Shown here piece after piece: positions 16,851-25,720 of a stretch of 49,259 nucleotides of DNA. Origin of the DNA: a virus (Duplodnaviria; Caudoviricetes); IMG/VR virus record IMGVR_UViG_3300009095_000020, positions 1 to 49,259 of that record; one strand, written 5' to 3'. A program made the translations under genes and the position numbers. The notes beneath the pieces were generated by a model. The model worked only from the letters and a program-made list of their open reading frames with translations. It made no database searches and was not told the origin of the DNA. The first letter of the stretch is position 1. Every line of letters begins with the position of its first letter.

Positions 16851-17275
16851 CCACCCTCACCCAGCGCACCATCGAACGCGCCCACACCGTCGCCCGGCTC
16901 GCCCGCGCCGGCTACACCCTCGACACCATCGCCCACCAGCTCGGCCTCAGCACGCGCACCGCCGAACGCCTCCACACCACCTCGAAAACCCTCCCCGGGG
17001 AGGCCGCCATGCCCACCACCGACTGGGCCCGGCGCGGGCTCTGCCGCAACTACGAGCCCGAGAACTTCTTCCCGCTCTCCTACCACAACGGCAAACCCGA
17101 CGTCCGCGCCGCCAAAAGCATCTGCCGTGCCTGCCCCGTCCAGCCGGAATGCCTCAACTTCGCGCTCACCCACCCCGACCAGACCGCCGACGGCATCTGG
17201 GGCGGCCTCACCCCACCCGAACGCGCACGCGCACGCCGAACCCGCCAGCAAACCGAAGGGACCGCAGCAGCATGA
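16847..17275 (+). CDS. whiB: HTH-WhiB fusion (possible internal start at 17009)
   Basis: LDTIAHQLGLSTRTAER HTH; W...GLC...FFP...AKSICRACPV..EC...GIWGG. Confidence 0.85.
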   Translation: MTTLTQRTIERAHTVARLARAGYTLDTIAHQLGLSTRTAERLHTTSKTLPGEAAMPTTDWARRGLCRNYEPENFFPLSYHNGKPDVRAAKSICRACPVQPECLNFALTHPDQTADGIWGGLTPPERARARRTRQQTEGTAAA

Positions 17276-17523
17276 CCACCACCGCCCCGCCGTGGATCGG
17301 CTGGATCCGCCCCTGGTACCCCGGCGGCGAAGACGTCACCGCAGGCCTGTTCGGCGAACCGCCCATCTTCATCGGCCACATCTACCCCGACTGCGAAGAC
17401 CTCCTCGCCGTCGACTCCGACCCGCGTGAGGGCTCCGGATGGCTCGACCCCGCCGCGCCCGGCACCTGCCAGACCTGCCTCTACCGCCACAACAGCGACG
17501 ACGACGAGGGAGACACCCAGTGA
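17272..17523 (+). CDS. Hypothetical protein with H..C...CxxC
   Basis: GAAGGGA SD; ATGA overlap. Confidence 0.6.
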   Translation: MTTTAPPWIGWIRPWYPGGEDVTAGLFGEPPIFIGHIYPDCEDLLAVDSDPREGSGWLDPAAPGTCQTCLYRHNSDDDEGDTQ

Positions 17524-18608
17524 AACTCGCCATCGACCCCAAGCTGCTCGCCGACACGGTCGCCTGGACCGCCCGCGCCCTACCCCTCCGGTCCACCGTC
17601 CCCGTCCTGTCCGGCCTCCTGCTCGACGCCGCCGACGACCAGCTCACCGTGTCCGCCTTCGACTACGACGCCAGCGCCCGCGCCACCATCACCTGCGAAG
17701 TCGCCGAGCCGGGCCGCATCGTCGTCCCCGGACGGCTCCTCGCCGAAGTCGCCAAGGCCCTGCCCGACCGGCTGCTCGTCGACCTCACCGCCACCCGCGA
17801 CGAAGCCACCATCCGGGCCGGACGCTCCGAGTTCGCCATCCGCCTCCTCGACGCCGACGACTACCCCACCCTCCCGCAGCCGCCCCAGCCCGCCGGACAG
17901 ATCGACGCCGCCGCGCTCGCCGCCGCCGTCGCCCAGGTCCACCCCGCCACCAGCAACGACGACACGCTCCCGATGCTCACCGGCATCCGCCTCGACACCG
18001 ACGGAGAGACGTTCACCCTCGCCGCCACCGACCGGTACCGGCTCGCCGTCACCGACACCACCTGGACGCCCGTCGCAGCCCCGCTGTCCGCACTCATCCC
18101 CGGCAAGCACCTCCACGACATCGCCAAGAGCCTCGGCAGCGGGCCCGTCGGCATCGCCGTCAACGACGCCATGGCCGCCTTCACCACCGCCGACAGGACG
18201 AGCACCGTCCGGCTGCTCGACAACCAGTTCATCGACTACCGCGCCCGCGTCACCATGGACACCACCATCACCGCCACCGTGGACGCCCCCGCCCTCGCCG
18301 CCGCCGTCAAGCGGGTCGCCCTCGTCGCCGACCGCAAGAGCACCGCCATCCGGCTCGCCTTCACCAAGTCGGAGGTAACCGTCCGCGCCGGAGGCGACGA
18401 CATCGGCCGCGGCAACGAAACCCTCGACTGCACCCTCGACGGCGACCCCATCGAGATCGCCTTCCAGCGCGCGTTCCTCCTCGACGCGCTCGGCGCCATC
18501 CCCGGCACCGCCCGGATCGGCATGACCGGGCCCGTCCAGCCCGCCCTCTTCCGCTCGGAGGACGGCAGCCACCAGCAGATCGTCATGGCGCTCCGGATCA
18601 CCACATGA
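17520..18608 (+). CDS. dnaN: DNA polymerase III beta sliding clamp
   Basis: VAWTARALP..PVLSG, SAFDYD, GRLLAEV, DDTLPMLTG, ATDRYRL, AVKRVALVA; full three-domain length. Confidence 0.95.
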   Translation: MKLAIDPKLLADTVAWTARALPLRSTVPVLSGLLLDAADDQLTVSAFDYDASARATITCEVAEPGRIVVPGRLLAEVAKALPDRLLVDLTATRDEATIRAGRSEFAIRLLDADDYPTLPQPPQPAGQIDAAALAAAVAQVHPATSNDDTLPMLTGIRLDTDGETFTLAATDRYRLAVTDTTWTPVAAPLSALIPGKHLHDIAKSLGSGPVGIAVNDAMAAFTTADRTSTVRLLDNQFIDYRARVTMDTTITATVDAPALAAAVKRVALVADRKSTAIRLAFTKSEVTVRAGGDDIGRGNETLDCTLDGDPIEIAFQRAFLLDALGAIPGTARIGMTGPVQPALFRSEDGSHQQIVMALRITT

Positions 18609-18811
18609 CCCGCACCTACCTGCTGGCCGGCGAACCGGTGGAACTCATCTGCCGGTTCGCCCTCCCCTCCAAGCACAACCCGCCCGCACCATGCCCGCCC
18701 TGGCTGCACTGGGTGACCCCGCCGCCCGGGGCGCCACGCAACGCCGCCATCCGCCACCCCGACGGCCGCACCGTCGTCCGCCCGTTCCGAGGACTTCGGA
18801 GGATCGCGTGA
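18605..18811 (+). CDS. Small hypothetical protein (PRN...DG..VVRPFRGLRR)
   Basis: ATGA and GTGA overlaps. Confidence 0.65.
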   Translation: MTRTYLLAGEPVELICRFALPSKHNPPAPCPPWLHWVTPPPGAPRNAAIRHPDGRTVVRPFRGLRRIA

Positions 18812-19635
18812 CTGCACCGCCCATTCCGTACTACGGGTCCAAGCAGACGCTTGCCCTCAAGATCGCCGCCCTGCTGGGCAAGCACGACCACTACGTCGAA
18901 CCCTTCGCCGGGTCCCTCGCCGTCCTACTCGCCAAGCGACCCTCTCGGATGGAGACCGTCAACGACCTCGACCAGGACCTCATGACGTTCTGGCGAGTTC
19001 TCCGCGACCGCCCGCTCGAACTCGAGCGGGCGTGCGCCCTCACCCCGCACAGCCGCGCCGAATACCTCGATGCCCGCGAAGCCGACCTCGATGCCCAACC
19101 CGACCTCGAACGCGCACGCCTCGTCTGGGTCAAGCTCGCCCAAGGCCGCGCCGGAACCCTCCGCCAAACCGGATGGAGGCACTTCCAAGACCCCGCCGGA
19201 TCCTCTTCCGGCATGCCGCGCTACCTCGCCGGCTACGTCGCCCGGCTCGCCCCGGCAGCCGAACGCCTCGCATCGGTCACGCTCGAATGCCGCCCCGCAC
19301 AAGAACTGATCGACGCCTACGGCCGCCACCGCGACGTGCTGCTGTACGTGGACCCGCCTTACCTCGGCTCGACCAGAGCGCGGAACTACCGCCACGAGAT
19401 GACCGACGAGACCCAGCATCGAGAACTGGCCAAGCACCTCGAGGCCTGCCGCGCGACGGTGGTGCTGTCCGGCTACCACTCTCCGCTGTACGACGAGCTG
19501 TACGACGGATGGCATCGCGTCGAGCTGGACGCTCACACCGGTCAGGCGCTCGACTGGCAGCGCCGCACAGAAGTGCTCTGGTCGAATCGACCGTTCCCGA
19601 ACGTCACCACACCTCTGTTCGAGGTGACCGGATGA
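18808..19635 (+). CDS. Dam-like (D12 class) N6-adenine DNA methyltransferase
   Basis: YYGSK, YVEPFAGS, VNDLD, YVDPPY, EVLWSN. Confidence 0.92.
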   Translation: MTAPPIPYYGSKQTLALKIAALLGKHDHYVEPFAGSLAVLLAKRPSRMETVNDLDQDLMTFWRVLRDRPLELERACALTPHSRAEYLDAREADLDAQPDLERARLVWVKLAQGRAGTLRQTGWRHFQDPAGSSSGMPRYLAGYVARLAPAAERLASVTLECRPAQELIDAYGRHRDVLLYVDPPYLGSTRARNYRHEMTDETQHRELAKHLEACRATVVLSGYHSPLYDELYDGWHRVELDAHTGQALDWQRRTEVLWSNRPFPNVTTPLFEVTG

Positions 19636-20279
19636 GCCAGCCGTGCGGACGCTGGGACGCCGCCGCAAACCGACACTGCGGCGCCACCCCCACACGCCCC
19701 TACACCGTCGGCTACCGCTGCCCCACCTGCACACCCGCCGCCCTCGCCGGACAACCAGAACCCGGCCAGACCGCCCACTGCCCGCCACTCAAACACAGAT
19801 GCACCCCCGACAACCGCTGCCGCACCTGGACATGGCAGCAGCAACCCTGGCGCGTCCTCACCACCGGCGGACGCGACCGAGACGACAAGCACCACATCTG
19901 GTCGGAGCTCAGCCGCATCCACGCCATCCACCCCAACCTCACCATCGTCCACGGCGCCGCCTACCCACGCGCCGAGAACGGGCACCGGCCCGATCGGTCC
20001 GCCGACTGGCTCATCCACCTCTGGTGCCAGCAGCACCCCGACGTCGTCGAGGAAGAACACCCCGCCGACTGGAAGACCCACCGCCGCGCAGCCGGCCCCA
20101 TCCGCAACGGCGAGATGGTCAAACTCGGCGCCGACGAATGCGTCGCCTTCCCCGGCCAGGGCCCCGGCACCCGCGACTGCATGAAGAAGGCCGCCGCCGC
20201 AGGCATCCCCGTCCGCACCCTCCTGCCACCCATCACCGACCAGAGCGCCCTCTTCGCCAAGGCGGCCCACCATGCCTGA
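19632..20279 (+). CDS. Cys-rich N-domain fused to SLOG (DUF2493/YspA-like) domain
   Basis: RVLTTGGRD, IVHGA, HPADW...AAGPIRN..M, AFPG..GT.DC...A..AGIPV. Confidence 0.8.
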   Translation: MSQPCGRWDAAANRHCGATPTRPYTVGYRCPTCTPAALAGQPEPGQTAHCPPLKHRCTPDNRCRTWTWQQQPWRVLTTGGRDRDDKHHIWSELSRIHAIHPNLTIVHGAAYPRAENGHRPDRSADWLIHLWCQQHPDVVEEEHPADWKTHRRAAGPIRNGEMVKLGADECVAFPGQGPGTRDCMKKAAAAGIPVRTLLPPITDQSALFAKAAHHA

Positions 20280-20571
20280 CCGCTACCTCACCCTCCAGGC
20301 CGTGCTCGACCGCGGCCTCACCTACCGCCGCCTCGACCACTGGACGCGGCAAGGCTGGCTCCAGCCCACCCGCTTCAGCCGCAACCGCGAATGGCCCCAG
20401 CGAGAGCTGCGCATCGCCGACCTGATGCGCCGCCTCACCGACGCCGGCCTCACACCCGAAGCCGCCGCCCAGGCCGCACGCGCCCACGAGGACGGGCGGG
20501 CCCTCGTACGGCTCGCCCCCGGCGTCGTCCTCGCCATCGACACCGACCTCCTCACGGACGTGACCACGTGA
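20272..20571 (+). CDS. MerR-like HTH protein
   Basis: GLTYRRLDHWTRQGWLQP...R.W. Confidence 0.75.
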   Translation: MPDRYLTLQAVLDRGLTYRRLDHWTRQGWLQPTRFSRNREWPQRELRIADLMRRLTDAGLTPEAAAQAARAHEDGRALVRLAPGVVLAIDTDLLTDVTT

Positions 20572-20990
20572 CCTACCGCATCCTCATCACCGGCAGCCGC
20601 ACCTGGTCGAACGAGCAGTCCATCCGCGACGCCCTCGCCAACATCATCAGCCAGCACGGCCCCGAGAACGTGACCGTGGTCCACGGCGCCTGCCCGCAAG
20701 GCGCCGACGCGCTCGCCGACCGGATCGCCTCAGCATGGGCGGGCGTCACCGTCGAACGCCACCCCGCCGACTGGGCCGCCCCCTGCAGCACCCTGTGTCG
20801 CACCCACCGGCGCCGCCGCGGCGACGGCACCACCTACTGCCCCGCAGCTGGGATCAACCGCAACCAGCACATGGTCGACCTCGGCGCCGACCTCTGTCTC
20901 GCCTTCATCAAGGACAACAGCCGCGGCGCCACCGACTGCGCCCGCCGCGCCGCCCGCGCCGGCATCCCCGTCAAGGAATGGCGCGCATGA
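20568..20990 (+). CDS. Second SLOG (DUF2493/YspA-like) protein with Cys/His insertion
   Basis: RILITGSR, VVHGACPQGAD, HPADW, AAGINRNQHMV, SRGATDC. Confidence 0.85.
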   Translation: MTYRILITGSRTWSNEQSIRDALANIISQHGPENVTVVHGACPQGADALADRIASAWAGVTVERHPADWAAPCSTLCRTHRRRRGDGTTYCPAAGINRNQHMVDLGADLCLAFIKDNSRGATDCARRAARAGIPVKEWRA

Positions 20991-21008
20991 ACACCCTCGG
21001 AGACCCCG

Positions 21009-21203
21009 ATGTCCTGGCTCAGCCGGTGCAGCACCTGCCGCAGGCCAGCCACCCTCGTCATCACCGGCCGCCAACCCAGGCGCACCCTCTACAGCGCCCT
21101 CACCTGCCACGAATGCGCGCCACGACACCGGCAGAAAGCCCGCGAAGCCGGACCCGTCACCGAAGAACCCCACCAGCAGCGCGCCCAGGACGCCCTCTTC
21201 TAA
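21009..21203 (+). CDS. Zinc-ribbon protein ending in clamp-binding-like QDALF
   Basis: CSTC...CHEC; GGAG SD. Confidence 0.65.
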   Translation: MSWLSRCSTCRRPATLVITGRQPRRTLYSALTCHECAPRHRQKAREAGPVTEEPHQQRAQDALF

Positions 21204-21291
21204 CCCGCGCACGGCACCGCTGGCGAAGACCAGCCCCACCCCACACCTGACCACCCAACCGAGCACCACCGCACCACCGAGGGGAACCGGG

Positions 21292-24219
21292 TTGAACGCC
21301 TCCGAACACCACCAGCCACACCACACAGCCGACCTCACCCAGGTCCGCGCATGGCTCACCACCCTCCACGGAGGCGCCCCCGGCCTACTCAACATCGTCG
21401 CCACCGGCAACTGGACCGGCGCCCACTTCACCACCAACCCCGACGGCCTCGCCGCCGCCGTGGCGTACGTCGCCAAACTCGACGCCCAAGGCAAGCAGGG
21501 CATCTACGCCCGCGTCACCACCCTGCGCGCCGCGCCCCCGCCCGGCGGCCGAGGCCTCGCCGACCTCTCCCTCAGCTGGCCCGGCTTCTGGGCCGACATC
21601 GACATCGACGGCCCCGGCCACAAGCACGAAGTCTGCGCGGACGACTGCCCGAAAGGCCACCACCACGTCACACTGCCGCTCCCGCCCGACACCGACGCCG
21701 CCCGACAGATCCTCGCCACCGCCGGGCTGCCGGAGCCCACCATGTGGATCAACTCGGGCGGCGGCCTCTACCCGTGGCACCTCCTCGACCAGCCGCACAC
21801 CATCACCGCCGCGGACTACGACGACATCGTCACCCTGTCCACCCGCTGGCAGCTGGTCATCGAAGCCGCCGCCCGCTCACTGGGCTGGCACTACGGCCGC
21901 GGCGTCGGCGACCTCGCCCGCGTGTTGAGGATCCCCGGCACCGTGAACCGGAAGGCCGGACTCGCCCGCCCGTGCGAGATCGTCGAAGCGTCCGGCACCA
22001 CCTACACCCTCGACGACCTGGCCACGCTCCTCTACTCCATCGACCTCCCAGACCCGGAGCCCGCCGCCTACCGGGTGCCGCCCGCACGGCCGCGGCCCAC
22101 CACGTACGCCCCCGGGCAGGTCGGCCCGTTCGACGCCCTCGCCGAAGTCTGCGAATGGCGCGACCTGTTCGAACCCGCCGGACTCACCTACGTCAGATCC
22201 GAGAGAGACGGCGCCGAACTCTGGCGACGCGACGGCGCATCCTCCGCCTACTCGGTGCGCGCCTGGCCGCACGTCGCCGTCAACTTCAGCGAGAACCTCG
22301 ACCTGCCCGTCGGCGCCGGCCAGAAGCTCACCCACGGGAAAGTCTTCGCCCACTGGCACCACCGAGGCGACCAGCACGCCGCCGCCCGCGACCTCCGGCT
22401 CGCCGCCGCCCGCCACCCCGACGCCACCCCCGCCGCCCGCAGCCTCCGCCCCGCCATCCTCGACCACATCGCCCAGCGGTGCGCCGTACGACCCTGGACA
22501 CCCAACACCCCGCCCGCCACCGACGACACACCCTGGCCCGACCAGCCCGACGACCACGAGCCGGCCGCCGAACACCAGCCCGCGCCCGCCGCGGCGCACG
22601 CCGACGTCCGGCACGCCATGACCAACGCCACCGAACAGGAGATCCGCGAAGGCATCTACCCCGACGTCGCCGACGTCCACGCCACACCGTGGACCCTCCC
22701 CGGCAGCGACACCGCCCCCGCCGTGCTGCCCACGTTCCCGCTCCACTGCCTGCCTGGCGACACCGGCAAATTCGTCGAAGCCGTCGCCACCTACACCCAG
22801 ACCCCCGTCGAGATCCCCGCGTTCGCCGCCATCGGCGCCCTCGCCACCGTCGTCGGCTCGCACGCCACCATCACCGGACAGTGGACCGAAGAAACCCTCG
22901 CCCTCTTCCTGGCCAGCATCGCCGACTCCGGCGACGGCAAGAGCCGCGCGTTCAAGGCCGTCAACGCCCCCGTCTACCGGCTCGAATCCAACCTCCGAAA
23001 GCAGTGGGACGCCAAGTACGGGCAGTCCGCCGAAGCCCTGGAGATCGCCCAGCACACCCGCGACAAGCTGATCAAAGACCTCGCCACCATCGTCGGCAAC
23101 AAGCGGGCCGACCTGCTCGCCGACCTCGAAGGACTCAACGAAACGATCAAAGAACTCACCGGACCCCCGAGGCCGCAACTCCTCGCCGGCGACATCCTCC
23201 CCGAAGCGCTCGCCCGCCTCATGCACAAGGTCGGCGGGCACATCGGCATCGTCTCCGCCGAGGGCACCTTCCTCGGCAACATCTGCGGCCGGTACAACAA
23301 CGGCAAACCCAACTTGGAGTTCGTGCTCCAGTCGTGGGACGCCTCCGAGCCGTGGCGGCCCGACCGGATCTCGCGCGACTCGTTCGAGCTCGAACGCCCC
23401 TCCCTCGCCCTGTCCCTCAGCGTCCAGCCCGTCGTCATCGCCGACGCCATCGACAGCAAGGCCGTCACCGACAAGGGCCTGCTCAACCGCTTCCTCCTCG
23501 CCCGCCCCGCCAGCCTGGCCGGCAGCCGCGACGTGCAGCCGCCCCACATCCCCGCCCACCTGGTCGAAGCCTGGTCCCACTGCGTCCACCGCGCCTTCTA
23601 CTCGGTACGGCCAGAAGGCGCCACGTTCGACGACGACGGCTCCCCGCTGCCGCCCGTACCCATGCAGGTGTCCCAGGACGGCGAAGCCCTCATGCTCGAC
23701 TGGAGAGCCCGCCACGAACGCCGCCTCGACCCCGACACCGGCGACCTCGCCATGATCAAAGGCTGGCTTGCCCGAGCCGCAGGCAACGCCTACCGGCTCG
23801 CCGCACTCTTGCACCTGGCCGCCGGGCACCCGCCCACCCTGCCCGTCACCGCCGACACCATGGCCGACGCCTTGGCGATCGTCGACTACTGCATCCCCCA
23901 CGCCATCGCCATCCTCGCCCCCGACGAGCACGCCGGGCCGACGGCCGCCGGGATGCCGGGCTGGGTGCAGGCCGCGTGCGGCAACGTCCTCGACTGGGTG
24001 CGCAAGAAGGGCATGGCCACCTTCACCGCCCGCGACGCCTACCAGGGGATGAAGCAGCGGACGTGGGTGAAGGAGCACCGGGCGGCCGGCGTGGCGGGCG
24101 TGCTGCTTGTGCTGGCGTCGGAGGGGTGGCTTGCGACGGTGGCCCGCCAGGACGCGGCGGGACGGCGGGCGGATCCGTTGTTCGTGGCGCATCCGGAGCT
24201 GCTTGGGGGGTTGCGGTGA
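21292..24219 (+). CDS. Replication protein: RepB/AEP-like primase domain fused to DUF3987(YfjI)-like P-loop domain
   Basis: WADIDID, NSGGGLY, DLARVLRIPGTVN; SGDGKS, PEAL, SAEG, VQP, GLLNRFL; TTG start with GAGGGG SD. Confidence 0.8.
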   Translation: MNASEHHQPHHTADLTQVRAWLTTLHGGAPGLLNIVATGNWTGAHFTTNPDGLAAAVAYVAKLDAQGKQGIYARVTTLRAAPPPGGRGLADLSLSWPGFWADIDIDGPGHKHEVCADDCPKGHHHVTLPLPPDTDAARQILATAGLPEPTMWINSGGGLYPWHLLDQPHTITAADYDDIVTLSTRWQLVIEAAARSLGWHYGRGVGDLARVLRIPGTVNRKAGLARPCEIVEASGTTYTLDDLATLLYSIDLPDPEPAAYRVPPARPRPTTYAPGQVGPFDALAEVCEWRDLFEPAGLTYVRSERDGAELWRRDGASSAYSVRAWPHVAVNFSENLDLPVGAGQKLTHGKVFAHWHHRGDQHAAARDLRLAAARHPDATPAARSLRPAILDHIAQRCAVRPWTPNTPPATDDTPWPDQPDDHEPAAEHQPAPAAAHADVRHAMTNATEQEIREGIYPDVADVHATPWTLPGSDTAPAVLPTFPLHCLPGDTGKFVEAVATYTQTPVEIPAFAAIGALATVVGSHATITGQWTEETLALFLASIADSGDGKSRAFKAVNAPVYRLESNLRKQWDAKYGQSAEALEIAQHTRDKLIKDLATIVGNKRADLLADLEGLNETIKELTGPPRPQLLAGDILPEALARLMHKVGGHIGIVSAEGTFLGNICGRYNNGKPNLEFVLQSWDASEPWRPDRISRDSFELERPSLALSLSVQPVVIADAIDSKAVTDKGLLNRFLLARPASLAGSRDVQPPHIPAHLVEAWSHCVHRAFYSVRPEGATFDDDGSPLPPVPMQVSQDGEALMLDWRARHERRLDPDTGDLAMIKGWLARAAGNAYRLAALLHLAAGHPPTLPVTADTMADALAIVDYCIPHAIAILAPDEHAGPTAAGMPGWVQAACGNVLDWVRKKGMATFTARDAYQGMKQRTWVKEHRAAGVAGVLLVLASEGWLATVARQDAAGRRADPLFVAHPELLGGLR

Positions 24220-24264
24220 GTGACGTGTCCCCGCCGCCGGGATTCGAACAGACTCGAACTGAGC

Positions 24265-24654
24265 TGGGGATATTGGGGATGTGCTGGGGATGTACATCCC
24301 CAACGTCTTTCGAGCCTCTGACCTGCCGAAACCTTGATCGTTGGGGATATTGGGGATGTTGGGGACCCGGCGTGACTCTGAATCCGGGGAGGGGAGGGTC
24401 AGCGAGTGCGCGGGTGTCACTCTGCGTGATGTCCTCAACGTGGTCCCCGACATCCCCAACGTGGTCCCCGACATCCCCAACGTCTCTGGTCAGGGCTCTG
24501 GGGGCGGAGATGTGGAGGTCATTGGGGGTAATAAGAAAAACAAGATCATTATTACTGTCTGTATATATCCCCAACGTGTTTGCTCTACAGAGAGCCACCA
24601 ACCCCGGATTCTCAGACGCACCACATCCCCAACATCCCCAACATCCCCAACGTC
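24265..24654. repeat. About 15 ACATCCCCA-type 9-bp iterons in both orientations plus an AT-rich tract: putative replication origin
   Basis: TGGGGAT at 24265/24274/24285/24342/24351; palindrome 24285-24302; 21-bp tandem near 24437-24484; triple ACATCCCCA 24623-24649; AT-rich 24528-24568. Confidence 0.7.
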
Positions 24655-24706
24655 TCCCCGCGACTACAACCAGTCACCAAACCCGGCCCCGAAGGAGGCA
24701 CCCCCG

Positions 24707-25216
24707 ATGAGCCGCCGACCCGCCCCCGTCCTCGACCTCCAAGACGCGCTCTTCGCCGACGCCCTCACCCCGCCCACTCCCGCCATCCCTCGACCCACCC
24801 CAGCCCTCGCCACGGCCAAGCCGGCGGGCACCGGCCACCCGCGGGCGCCCCGCCGCGACAAGACCTGGAACGAGGCGACGCCGTGCGCGCCCACCTGCCT
24901 CGCCTGCCACCGCCCCGAACCCGATCCGCACGCCGCCGCCTGGCACCTGTGCCCGGTGACCGGCTCCCGGCACGCCACCGTGTGCGAGCACACCTCGGAC
25001 GCCTACCGGGCGGAGGTGTGCCTCATCACCCTCCACGTCCACGCCGAACTGGTGAGCATGCCCGCCACCGGCCGCACCGTGGCCGCCGTCGCCTGCCCCT
25101 ACTGCGAGCACCTGCACGCCCACGACCCCACCCCCGGCAGGCACTACCGCACCTCGCGCTGCCGCACCGGGCGGAAGCCGTACATCGTCCACGTCCCCGA
25201 ACGGAGCCAGCCGTGA
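24707..25216 (+). CDS. Cys/His-rich protein with N-terminal QDALF motif
   Basis: AAGGAGG SD; CLAC, CPYC..LHAH. Confidence 0.7.
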   Translation: MSRRPAPVLDLQDALFADALTPPTPAIPRPTPALATAKPAGTGHPRAPRRDKTWNEATPCAPTCLACHRPEPDPHAAAWHLCPVTGSRHATVCEHTSDAYRAEVCLITLHVHAELVSMPATGRTVAAVACPYCEHLHAHDPTPGRHYRTSRCRTGRKPYIVHVPERSQP

Positions 25217-25599
25217 CGCACAACATCCGGATGCAGTACGCCGACGCCCTCGCCGGCGTCCTCGACGAGTGGACGCGCATGCCGGGCGACTCAGGCCAGT
25301 TCGTCGGCCGCACCGTTCACGCCGTGATGGGCGTGCGGGACGCCGAGGTGGAGCGGCTGCGCGCCCGGTTGGCCGCCTACGAGCGGGCCATGCCACCGCC
25401 CGGCAGGCTGGAGCTGCTGGCCGACTGGTTCGACAGCTTCGACGCCGACCACGGCGACGGCGGCGGGCGGGAAGTGCAGCAGGATCTCCGGCGTTGGGCG
25501 GCCGCGATCCGGGCCGCCCGCGAAAACCGAGGCCCTGAAATCCACGGAGAGGCGCGAACGGGCCTCACCCCTACCCGAGACACCAGACCCGCCCTGTAA
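25213..25599 (+). CDS. Hypothetical protein
   Basis: GTGA overlap; GGAG SD. Confidence 0.65.
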   Translation: MTHNIRMQYADALAGVLDEWTRMPGDSGQFVGRTVHAVMGVRDAEVERLRARLAAYERAMPPPGRLELLADWFDSFDADHGDGGGREVQQDLRRWAAAIRAARENRGPEIHGEARTGLTPTRDTRPAL

Positions 25600-25643
25600 G
25601 ACGCTCCACGGCACGCACAGCCCCGTGCGCGGGCAAACCAGCG

Positions 25644-25679
25644 GCGTACCTGTGCACAGGTACGCGCACCTAGGCGCAC
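25644..25679. promoter_or_regulatory. 22-bp perfect palindrome GCGTACCTGTGCACAGGTACGC plus a reverse copy of the immunity-region operator, upstream of terS
   Basis: Shares CTGTGCACAGGT with 6979-6990; revcomp of 25661-25679 is GTGCGCCTAGGTGCGCGTA. Confidence 0.6.
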
Positions 25680-25720
25680 CAACGCCCACCCCAAGCACCA
25701 CAACCACCAGGGGGAACCCC

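Noticed and set aside
17520-18608. Host chromosomal dnaN, or a GriR-type antibiotic resistance gene
   Set aside because: No dnaA/recF/gyrB context and no biosynthetic cluster; it is translationally coupled within the phage early operon
14001-19635. Restriction-modification system
   Set aside because: No cognate endonuclease; nearby nucleases are the resolvase and the intein endonuclease
20987-21250. Gene starting at ATG 20987 overlapping the SLOG-2 stop
   Set aside because: Product is low-complexity; the 21009 frame has an SD, CxxC pairs and better codon usage
21351-24480. Long alternative-frame and antisense ORFs (21351-24710 +, 21877-24480 -; also 4018-5754, 28853-30787, 31252-33522, 41806-43626)
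   Set aside because: Arg/Pro/Gly-rich shadows expected from high-GC codon bias; no motifs or SDs. Only the 24216-24710 part is flagged separately
24265-24654. CRISPR array
   Set aside because: Repeats are 9-21 bp, irregular, in both orientations, without unique spacers or cas genes
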